Made by a program: the position numbers and the translations under genes. From Auanema rhodensis (lineage: Eukaryota; Animalia; Nematoda), in contig OZ059895.1 of the NCBI GenBank assembly GCA_964057225.1, positions 12,028,001 through 12,092,000 on the forward strand: a stretch of DNA of 64,000 bases, read 5' to 3'. Below the pieces are notes generated by a model, which made no database searches, was not told the DNA's origin, and was given only the letters and a program-made list of their open reading frames with translations. Below, in pieces: positions 47,819-58,600 of this stretch. How positions within the stretch are numbered: the stretch's first letter is position 1; every line of letters starts with the position of its first letter.

Positions 47819-48228
47819 TTTCAATTTTTTTTAACGATCATGCCACGTTGAAAGTACGCCATGCAGCTGATTTTCAATTTTATCTCTTCCGTAACAAATG
47901 TTTTTAATTTTCCAGCAGTTTTACTTAGATAGCTAAACCCAAGGCATCAAAATATCTTCAATCTTATTTCTATATTACATTTATAAACCAGTAGTTCATG
48001 AACCTTCATCTTAACTTTATTGTTTCTATGTATTTCCTATTGAAACAAACATTGTTTAAACACTATACAACTGTGAAACCTTCTTTAATTCATTGTATTT
48101 GGATCTCATAAGATTTGATATCATCGAGGGATTTAGATGTAACGTAGAAAATTACATAACTAAAATGAAATTGGAAAAAAAACAATAACGAGGATAAGTA
48201 TGTAAATCATTGAATATCAGATATTTTC

Positions 48229-48347
48229 GCTTACAACCATACCACGTTGAAAGTACGCCATCCTGTCCGATCTGGCAAGTCAAACAACGTTGGGCCCGGT
48301 TAGTACTTGGATCGGAGACGGCTTGGAAATCCCGGGTGCCGTAAGCT
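48229..48347 (+). rRNA. 5S rRNA (divergent variant)
   Basis: 119-nt 5S. Confidence 0.84.
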
Positions 48348-48757
48348 TTTCAAATTTTTTTAACGATCATACCACGTTGAAAATACGCCATGCAGCTGAT
48401 TTTCAATTTTATCTCTTCCGTAACAAATGTTTTCAATTTTCCAGCAGTTTTACTTAGATAGCTCAACCCAAGGCATCAAAATATCTTCAATCTTATTTCT
48501 ATATTACATTTATAAACCAGTAGTTCATGAACCTTCATCTTAACTTTATTGTTTCTATGTATTTCCTATTGAAACAAACATTGTTTAAACACTATACAAC
48601 TGTGAAACCTTCTTTAATTCATTGTATTTGGATCTCATAAGATTTGATATCATCGAGGGATTTAGATGTAACGTAGAAAATTACATAACTAAAATGAAAT
48701 TGGAAAAAAAACAATAACGAGGATAAGTATGTAAATCATTGAATATCAGATATTTTC

Positions 48758-48876
48758 GCTTACAACCATACCACGTTGAAAGTACGCCATCCTGTCCGAT
48801 CTGGCAAGTCAAACAACGTTGGGCCCGGTTAGTACTTGGATCGGAGACGGCTTGGAAATCCCGGGTGCCGTAAGCT
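48758..48876 (+). rRNA. 5S rRNA (divergent variant)
   Basis: 119-nt 5S. Confidence 0.84.
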
Positions 48877-49685
48877 TTTCAAATTTTTTTAACGATCATA
48901 CCACGTTGAAAATACGCCATGCAGCTGATTTTCAATTTTATCTCTTCCGTAACAAATGTTTTCAATTTTCCAGCAGTTTTACTTAGATAGCTCAACCCAA
49001 GGCATCAAAATATCTTCAATCTTATTTCTATATTACATTTATAAACCAGTAGTTCATGAACCTTCATCTTAACTTTATTGTTTCTACCTATTTCCTATTG
49101 TAACAAACATTGTTTAAACACTATACAACTGTGAAACCTTTTTTAATTTATTGTATTTGGATCTCATAAGATTTGATATCATCGAGGGATTTAGATGTTA
49201 CGTAGAAAATTACATAACTAACATGAAATTGGAAAAAAAACAATAACGAGGATAAGTATGTAAATCATTGAATATCAGATATTTTCGCTTACGACCATAC
49301 CACGTTGAAAGTACGCCATGCAGCTGATTTTCAATTTTATCTCTTCCGTAACAAATGTTTTCAATTTTCCAGCAGTTTTACTTAGATAGCTCAACCCAAG
49401 GCATCAAAATATCTTCAATCTTATTTCTATATTACATTTATAAACCAGTAGTTCATGAACCTTCATCTTAACTTTATTGTTTCTACCTATTTCCTACTGT
49501 AACAAACATTGTTTAAACACTATACAACTGTGAAACCTTTTTTAATTTATTGTATTTGGATCTCATAAGATTTGATATCATCGAGGGATTTAGATGTTAC
49601 GTAGAAAATTACATAACTAACATGAAATTGGAAAAAAAACAATAACGAGGATAAGTATGTAAATCATTGAATATCAGATATTTTC

Positions 49686-49804
49686 GCTTACGACCATACC
49701 ACGTTGAAAGTACGCCATCCCGTCCGATCTGGCAAGTCAAGCAACGTTGGACCCGGTTAGTAATTGGATCGGAGACGGCTTGGGAATCCCGGGTGCCGTA
49801 AGCT
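49686..49804 (+). rRNA. 5S rRNA (variant)
   Basis: 119-nt 5S. Confidence 0.87.
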
Positions 49805-50239
49805 TTTTAAATTTTTTTAACGATCATACCACGTTGAAAGTACGCCATGCAGCTGATTTTCAATTTTATCTCTTCCGTAACAAATGTTTTCAATTTTCCA
49901 GCAGTTTTACTTAGATAGCTCAACCCAAGGCATTAAAATATCTTCAGTCTTATTTCTATATTACAGTTATAAACCAGTAGTTTATGAACCTTCATCTTAA
50001 CTTTACTGTTTCTATCTATTTCCTATTGAAACAAACATTGTTTAAACACTATACAACTGTGAAACCTTTTTTAATTTATTGTATTTGGATCTCATAAGAT
50101 TTGATATCATCGAGGGATTTAGATGTAACGTAGAAAATTACATAACTAACATGAAATTGGAAAAAAAACAATAACGAGGATAAGTATGTAAATCATTGAA
50201 TATCAGGTATTTTCGCTTACGACCATACCACGTTGAAAG

Positions 50240-53200
50240 GGCCAAAGCTCTTTGACATGTCGCGCTATGACATGTTGTGTACATGACATAGTAAAATTGA
50301 AAAAGGCGTTATGACATGGGTTTATTTTGGTCTTCGTTATCTTAACGACATACCCTTTTTTGACATTGTCGTCTACTTGACATGTATATTCAAATTATTC
50401 TAGAAGTTTCTCTGGAATTTTTGAAGTTTTTGCTTTATCTACTAAATTATGTAAAACTGTTTTTATTTGTGGGATTAAGTTGAACAATGTCATTTGAAGA
50501 GCAAAATAATATAAGCTGTCAGACAAGTTAAGTAAAGTGCATCAAACATGTAATTTATACTAAATATTCTTAATAATTGAAACTGGGGGGAAACCAGAAA
50601 ATAGAAGAATCGTTGTTTTGTATCGATCTCGATATTGTTTCAAATTGTGGTGCTGAAGATTCTCTTTCTTCGACGTCTGTTGATTCATCTGAAGAATGGT
50701 GTTGATCGCTAAACAAGATTTCTGGAAAATCATCGTCTTCTTCTGGTTCTTCGTCTTCTTTTTCATTTTGACAAATTCCATCTTCAACTTCTCTATTTTT
50801 TTTTTCTTTGGCAACATAGTTGATAAGAACAACATCGTCATCTCCGCTCTCTTCGTTCGATGTAAGATTTTCCGTAGAATTCAAAAACGATATTCTAAAA
50901 TATTAAATAATCATAGTTTTGAATTCAAACTCAACTCTGTCTGTGCTATTTTCCTGGTATGATTTCCTTTTGAGAATTGGCGTCCTTTTCGTTTTTGATA
51001 TTTAGACCCATCACTGGATTTTATCTGTTTACTAAGATAATTTTGAGCTGTTCTATTATTTTTTCTTGCTTCCATTTCTCTTATAAGTTGATCAGATGTT
51101 GAAGAATTGAGAGTACGCAATACAGCAAACCTTTAAGTGTTGATGTGTCTAAATTTGTTTTGTTGAACTAACGAATGAATACAAAAATAGTAGCTATAGT
51201 TGATTGATGCTAAGCAGTCTTTATGGAAGCATTTGAATTGGTATTCCGTTTGTTTTACACACACTGGTCTTAAAAAATGAATTCGAATCATATTCGCAAC
51301 AAGGTATTCATACTTTCTCAAATCATTTTCATTCAAAATGAAAAACAAGTTCTTGTTATTCATGCATATATTTACATGAAGTGTCTCGGACGCTTCTAAA
51401 AAAACAGTACAGTTCACACTACCGTCACCTAGAATATTAAATTTTACAAAACTTTGTATATTTCCTAAAAAATACCTTCTATAGTCCAACGGGGAAAAGA
51501 CAAAAAATTCAAGGAAATAAAATAGTGTTGAAGCCCAAATGACTCCATGTATTGCTTCTGTTCGTCTCTTGTCATATTATCGAAAACAAATTCCACTGGT
51601 TTCAGAACTTTTAAGTGCTGACTAGTGTTTCTAATAGCAAAAATTCGTTCGTCCATGTCTTCTATTGAGATTTAGAAACATATAAATGTTAATTTGGTTA
51701 ACTCACGTTGATGAACAATCAACGAATTTTTCAGTAAGAGTTCCGCAGGTTGAGGATACAAAATTATTTTCTTTAATTGATTATTGCGCATTTCGATTAT
51801 ATTAGTGGTCGCCCATTGCAATGGACAACCAGCACTGAGCTTCTTCATCAATGAACACCTTTTGTAAAGCTCATGCGAATTTTTTAGTAGCCTAAATTTG
51901 AACAAGAAATGTTTACAGCATCAAACATGGCTTACCAATTACAAGTAATAGGGTGAAGTTCATCAGTTAACTTCAAAAGTTTTTTATCGAAATCTGATTT
52001 ATGCAAACATCCTAGAATTCCTGTATGCCAAATAACACCGGTGATATTCTGAACAAAAATTAATTTTTTGAGAATAGAAAACAACGAACTTCTTCTTTCC
52101 ATCCGAATAATTTTCTTTTAATAAATTCAGCGTTTTCGCGATCACTTTTATGCATATTTGTTTTTAAGTTTTCAAATTTATGAATATCACACCTAAGTGC
52201 AATTGATTTACCAAGAAATGATCCCTGAAGTTAAAAGTTAAAGCAATAATTTTGTGAATCTAACCGTGTTATACTGTTTGAGAGATTCTTCTCCATCTGT
52301 GATAATGCATGGCAGAACTTTGTTTTGTCCAAAACGTTCGAATTGATAATTCAACGCTGACGAAAAAGCTTCATGCTCAGCCGATGTTTTGAAAGTATGA
52401 ATCATGATCCCTAATAAAATGCTGGCACATTTTTCAGACGCCTTATTACTAAATAAAAACCTTCGATGAAATAACTTTTAGACTCACACAAAAACATCAT
52501 GTATTCCTATAACCATAGTCAAATATTCAGCGCTGCTAACACTAAATGTCGTATCCACTTGAATCATTGAACCCTGTTTAGGAATTAAGCCTGACCTATT
52601 AGTTGTTGAGATTAATTTATCTGAAACTATTGCTTTTTACAAATTATCGATTTGCCAAACTTAGTTCAATTTCTGCTTCTTCTTTCTCAAAACTTAAAAG
52701 CTTTTCAATATTTTTTCTATGAACCTCCACAGTTTTTGTTTCCGGTAGCGATGAACAAAAATGTTCTAACGCATGCGGATAGAAAACTATCTGTCTTATA
52801 GACACTCTACCATCATCTGAAGCATAGTTATTGAAAAATTTATAATCAATTAAACAACCTAAATTTTGTACATGAGGCGCTAACATTAGTTCCAGCGAGC
52901 TAGGCTTGCAAATAAACCTATCAAGGAGTTTAGCAATATTAGTGGCAGTTTTCTTTCCAACTCCTGATTTTACATGGGTTTCAACGTTACGTGAAATATT
53001 AACAAGCTTGAGATAAATAAATAAAAAGTAAAACCGGGATAATTAAAAACTTTTTTCGAAGCTATATTCAATCTTTGTTCCTCTAAATTTCGTTTAGCTC
53101 CTGAAGTTGTTCTGTGCTTCAATGCTTCCCTAGCTGCTAAAACTTCCGAAGGTTTTAGTCGTTTCGATTCATTTATTTCGACAGTGAGATTTTCCTGCAG

Positions 53201-54013
53201 AGAAGATAAAAAGCTGATAAACATAATTCAATGAAACAACTTCAGTAAAATAATCATATAAAATTGGTGTTACAACATTCTCATTTTCATCTAAAATATA
53301 GCAAACCTGTAAATCAATTTTGTATTAACCAAAGATGCAAACTATACTTACTTTCCGATGAAGAGAAGGGTATCTGGGATTAATGTTCAAAAAAATTTTT
53401 AGAACAAACATTGAATCTACAACTTTACACCATTTATCATCAAAATTTTCAACGCAAATACTAGATTTATTTGTTTTTAAAAAACGTAACTGTCCACCGT
53501 TTCCTAAAATGAGCATAAGTACGCATTCTACTGTTGAGTTCACACCTATTTTCCCTGTCCAAGGTGAGAAATGATCTGTAGTTGCGTCCCTGAGTAATTT
53601 AAAATTTTTTGAGTGAACTAAAAATACAGTGTTTCCAGCTAAGAAACGATTAAAACGAGGAAGTTCGTCATATACTTCCATATCACTAAATTACTTGAAT
53701 AACAGAAAAAAAACTAGAACTTACGTATCATTGAAATAGTGTAGGAGCGATATATTGGTGGAAGGCTTCATCACGAAAACTTAATCTTATTGAACTTGAA
53801 TTTAACAAAAAATAAAACAGAAAAAAAGTTTAGTAATAATTGAACAAAACATAATGAGCAAGAAAATATTTAAAAAATGGAATACGTGCCAAAACTGTAA
53901 TTTCAAATGATGATCGAGATGATCAAAAGAAGACCATGTCGAAACAACTTTTTCAATTTAAACATGTCAAGGAGACCATATGTCAAAGTTCCTCATGTCA
54001 TTCAGATTTCGCC
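50240..54013 (-). mobile_element. Mutator-like (MULE) DNA transposon inserted in a 5S gene
   Basis: 9-bp TSD CGTTGAAAG (50231-50239 / 54014-54022); imperfect TIRs GGCCAAAGCTCTTTGACATG vs GGCGAAATCTGAATGACATG (15/20); subterminal TGACAT repeats. Confidence 0.88.
50570..53771 (-). CDS. Multi-exon MULE DDE transposase with SWIM-like zinc finger and acidic tail (exon boundaries only partly resolved)
   Basis: Minus-strand motifs VDTTF (~52550), IITDGE (~52297), LRCDIH CxxH (~52187), TTNIIEMRNN (~51800), C-x4-C...C-x-H (~51200); first intron 53724-53686 joins ATG 53771 in frame to ORF 53325-53681. Confidence 0.75.
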
Positions 54014-54116
54014 CGTTGAAAGTACGCCATCCCGTCCGATCTGGCAAGTCAAGCAACGTTGGGCCCGGTTAGTGCTTGGATCGGAGACGGCTTGGGAATC
54101 CCGGGTGCCGTAAGCT
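54014..54116 (+). pseudogene. 3' part (+17..+119) of the 5S gene interrupted by the MULE (5' part at 50215-50239)
   Basis: The 5S sequence resumes exactly at the TSD. Confidence 0.92.
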
Positions 54117-54471
54117 TTTCAAATTTTTCTAACGATCATGCCACGTTGAAAGAACGCCATGCAGCTGATTTTCAATTTTATCTCTTCCGTAACAAATGTT
54201 TTCAATTTTCCAGCAGTTTTACTTAGATAGCTCAACTCAAGGCATCAAAATATCTTCAATCTTATTTCTTTATTACAGTTAAAAACCTGTAGTTTATGAA
54301 CCTTCATCTTAACTTCACTGTTTCTATCTATTTCCTATTAAAACAAACGTTGTTTAAATACTATACAACTGTGAAACCTTTTTTACTTTATTGTATTTGG
54401 AGCTCATAAGATTCAATATCATCGAGGGATTTAGATGTAACGTGGAAAATTACATAACTAACATGAAATTG

Positions 54472-54733
54472 TGTGGCGTTATACCGCAAGTGTATAGTAT
54501 GGTTGGAAATAAAACACAAAGCGAATATGTAGAAAAGGGTTTATTGATGAATTAACAAGACAAGCACGGAATAGAATCACTGACTGCGAACGTTAAAAAT
54601 GTAAGACTGTCCTCCGTTGTTGGGCGGTCGTCTGAAATAAACTGTTACTTATGCCACATGTTAACACATATGTTATGCATATGTGTTTTGATCTAGTTAC
54701 AAAGGAAGGAGATAAAGAGAGATAGAGATAGAT

Positions 54734-54784
<51 letters not shown>

Positions 54785-54785
54785 T

Positions 54786-54826
<41 letters not shown>

Positions 54827-54908
54827 GATAGAGATAGAGAGAGGTATATATATATATAGAGAGAGAGATAGAGATAACAAAAACAAAACCTACTCGCTTA
54901 TCGCGACA
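54472..54908 (-). repeat. 3' LTR of the BEL/Pao element (437 bp, contains a GA microsatellite)
   Basis: Matches 63909-64000; preceded on the minus strand by CCGGGAG then TGT. Confidence 0.88.
54712..54875. repeat. (GA)n / GAGATA microsatellite inside the LTR
   Basis: Seen directly. Confidence 0.9.
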
Positions 54909-54930
54909 CTCCCGGCAAGAGTGTAAAGAC

Positions 54931-55425
54931 CTACATGGGTCTTTTACGTTTGGTCTCCCCACATACAACTCCATGGTGGGTCTCTGCTTTGCATCTATAA
55001 CAAGATTCCTCGCATGTGTCCGGATGTTTCGGGTTCAAGCATCTGATACATAGTCCCAATTCATGTAGACGTAGAGTCCGCTCTGGAGACGAGGGATATA
55101 TTGGGCAAGCTGCGGTTCGGTGACCATCAGCGGTCGGTTTGCTGCAAAAGATGCAGGAGGCCTTAGGCGCGGTTTGGACGGCTAGGTTGTCCAGTTTCAA
55201 ATTCAGAGAGTGGTTAATGTTGTCCAGCCTCTCGGATAGGTGGTTCACAGCGCTGGCCAGGTTGTCATAGAACCTTTTTTCAAGGACCATTAGCTGTCTC
55301 AGGCTTGCAGTAGTATTGGGTAGATGCGAATGCTTTTTGAGATCTTCCTCGAAGGAAGTGTTCTCAACTAAGTTAGACGTTATATCCTCCATTACTACTG
55401 AGTTGAGGCAAACTTGTTTTGCCAC
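54931..55425 (-). CDS. 3' accessory ORF with coiled coil and three BEL-Gag-like Cys/His knuckles (true start uncertain: ATG 55392, or spliced)
   Basis: CIFC..H....C...CIRC....H...C...CYRC....HH...C mirrors the Gag knuckles CVFC..H..C / CWIC..H..C / CRNC..HNSALC. Confidence 0.78.
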   Translation of the reverse strand: MAKQVCLNSVVMEDITSNLVENTSFEEDLKKHSHLPNTTASLRQLMVLEKRFYDNLASAVNHLSERLDNINHSLNLKLDNLAVQTAPKASCIFCSKPTADGHRTAACPIYPSSPERTLRLHELGLCIRCLNPKHPDTCEESCYRCKAETHHGVVCGETKRKRPM

Positions 55426-55699
55426 CTTATATACTGGTTGACGTCTATATGTGTCTATTACGTCATTCAGAGATTAATATGATATCCTTCTGTTTTTGAT
55501 ATTATCCATTAAACGTCTGTTAACGAGTTATTATGTAATTCAATACTACAGATTAGATATCTTAAGTAAAACTAGCAGATTCGTGTTACTTTATTATTTC
55601 AGAAATTAATCCCTTCTCTTCTCTCCTTGGTTTATTTTATTTATGTGAATTTTAGTTTATACTTTGCTTTTGTTTATTCTACCTTTTATATCTTCTTTA

Positions 55700-58600
55700 T
55701 TAAAATCTCTGATCTCGAAGTGAGGCTGTGAAATTTCTGTATATTGCAATCATCCTTTTGGCCATCCATTGTATGGCTAATACTGTATTTAACAATACAA
55801 AGTATATCATTGGCGTGCATGCTACATATCCTATGGTGGCGGTTATTGCAACGCCTATCAATATGATTCCCAACTTTGATAAAATTAACTTGAAGATTGG
55901 AGCAAAGTCAATGGATTTGGATTCTGTACCCTTACTTGAGTCACTTTCGTTTATTTCATCTATGCTTGCTATGTGATGTAATATTCCTTTAATAATGATC
56001 TTAATTTTTTTATTGTCGCATGTGGTATAGCATAATTCATCAATCTGAGAATTTTCTCTTTTCATTGTTACTTTTGTGATTGCTACTTTTGGAGAGCATT
56101 TTATCATGAATACTTCTTTTTGACATTCGATAGAAACCCATGTTTCTTCTGCCGTAAGGCATTGGAATTCTGCGAATGCACCCTGCCCGCAGGAGTAGCA
56201 ACCTGATAGTTTTGTCAGGGCAGGTGCGCAAGGCAAATTGTTGGAGAAGATCACTGAGTTTAAGAATAGGGATGAATCGACCGTAACTAAACTTTCGTCT
56301 AAATTTGTAGAGAATGATAACGTGTTCTCTTTAGTTTTGAAGTTTCGGTTAGGAGATCTCATGTCTGATGTATTGGACATTTTTTCAAAAGTAGGGGTAT
56401 CACACCTACATTTTATTTCATCTAATCTGTTAAATGTGCATGGGCAAAATGAGGATACTGTACAATTGTTGAAATGTTTTAATGCGGCTTCCTCTGTTGC
56501 ACATTGAACTATTCCCTTTGTATGTATATCCGTAATGTACGTGTTTTCTTTCGAGGAAAAAAATAATTTTGTGTACATTTCTGGAGGAGGTTGTGATTGT
56601 GATAACGTTGTTATATTGAAAAGTTGTTCACGATTTTTTGTGTAAAGTTGTAGAGTGATATTGTAATTGTTTTTCTGCTGGAGTAGTGTTGTTTCTATAT
56701 TGAATACAGTTTGGGTGAACCAACTATCACAAGTATAGACTTCGTATACTTCTTCTGTGATGGGTATATGCTCTATTTTGTAGAAAAGACATGGATCTGT
56801 CCAAATCATAGGACATGTGTAAAATCTCGCCGACGATGTAAAACAACCGGATTGTGAAGGAAAGGTGTATGGTTGTAGTTCTTTGATTTTATTATGAAGC
56901 GAGTTAGTTTCACATGTTCCGTTACAGGAGCCTCGGTGACGGCATCGTAATATACTCAGTATGTTAACTGTTGTCTGTCTAGTGAAGTATCTAATATTCT
57001 TTCGGCAGACATGTTCAGTATATAATTTCGTTATTTTGAATTGACCGATTTCATGATTAGAGTGTATTATGTTGATACATAACTGTTTTGTTCCGGGAGA
57101 GAATATTATATCTTGACTGTATTCGTGATAACAGACTAGGTTTTCATCGCATCTTATGTTAACGAAATGTTGAACATGGACATCGGAGCAAGAGCTGCAG
57201 CTTCCAATACAGAAAGCCAAGATGATTGCCAGTAACGATGGTAAAGATGATTGCAACCCTCTAGTAAAAAGAAAGAATTTTGGTGGCCTTCTTGTATGGT
57301 TTAAAATAGGGTAAATATGCTTTTGAGAGGTTTCATGTTTCACAATATTAACGTCTTGTGTGTTCGTTTGTTTTAATTGCAACGTATCATTGTGATTTTC
57401 TGTTATTTTTTGATCAGTTTCATGATCTTTTTGTACGGAGATTGTTTTGTGTTTTGATTTCATGGTGTTGAGCATAATTTGAGTGTTTCTGGACCATGTC
57501 TTATATCTATATTGGCTGTAACCCATGCGGCATAGACAAGAGACTATGAGGGTAACGGCCATAATGGTTATTATCACTGTCCATGTTGCCATTTCTGGGG
57601 AGCAATGAGGATTCGCTATAAGTTTTGTGGTGAACATGTTAGAGTCCTTGCAACTATTGATTTCTTCGGCATATGTCGAAGTTATTATAATCGGTAAGGA
57701 AAGCGCTTTCATTATGTCAGCTGCTACTTTTGGGTTTATTTTATTTTTTCTTTGGTGTGTAGCATAGGACATTTTCAGTGGGAAGGCTTTTATAATTTCC
57801 TTCTCAGTGACATCATCTTGTTCTGTATGTTTTGCTGTTTTTACTGATGATTGTTTTGTCTTATTTTGAGGTCGATCATTTGTTGCATCCTCATTATTCT
57901 CTGTTTCTGGAGTGTATGTATTATCATGTTGAGAGTTATCTGATTCATATGCAATATCGTAATTATGACTAACATCATTTATGTCTTTATTCTCATGTAT
58001 TGTTTGATCTGTATGTTCTATAGGATGATCGAAAAGTATATTGTCTAATACAATATCAGTATGTGGGGTTCTATCTGTTGAGCTATTATTTTCTTGAACT
58101 ATGTGTGAGTTGTCTTCTATGATTTTGTTGCTGTTAGTGTTGCATCTTATCTCTAGTGGATAGAGCTGATTGATGGATCGAATAATTATGTTTCCATTGC
58201 TTGTTGCAACTTTTGCTGAACGTATGTTGCCATCTGAACTAGTGATTGTTTCAATGATGCGACCTAGTTTCCATGTTCCTCGTGGCAACATGTCGTTTTG
58301 TATCAATACTATTTCATCTGGTTGGGGGAAGATGTTTGTGTGATTCTTTCTATGGTGTTTATGCTTAAATATATCTTTTAAGCTTGTTAGATATTCTTCT
58401 TGAAATCGTTTCCAAAATTTAGATGCTGAGTCTTCTGATAATTGAAGCGCTTCTAGCGCTTGCTCTGTTGATTGAATCGTTTGAATATCGCTATGGATAT
58501 CAAATATATGAGTATCCGCGTTGTTTTCAGGTAATGAAAACTTTATGGCTGATGTTAAAAAGTCAATTGGCCTTATGGGTAGAGTATCTAAATTATCTGG

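Larger units (their letters stand above)
24050..50239 (+). repeat. 5S rDNA tandem array, segment 3 (full and deleted units in higher-order repeats)
   Basis: Continuous 529-531 / 399 bp units. Confidence 0.97.

Noticed and set aside
50232-50238. 7-bp TSD with GGG...CCC ends (Dada-like or other superfamily)
   Set aside because: Formally possible, but a 9-bp TSD fits the MULE-type transposase motifs better
13753-50239. CRISPR-like regular repeats
   Set aside because: The spacers are near-identical and the repeat is eukaryotic 5S rDNA; there are no cas genes
54593-54974. ORFs rich in SLSLSL
   Set aside because: Translation of the GA microsatellite inside the LTR
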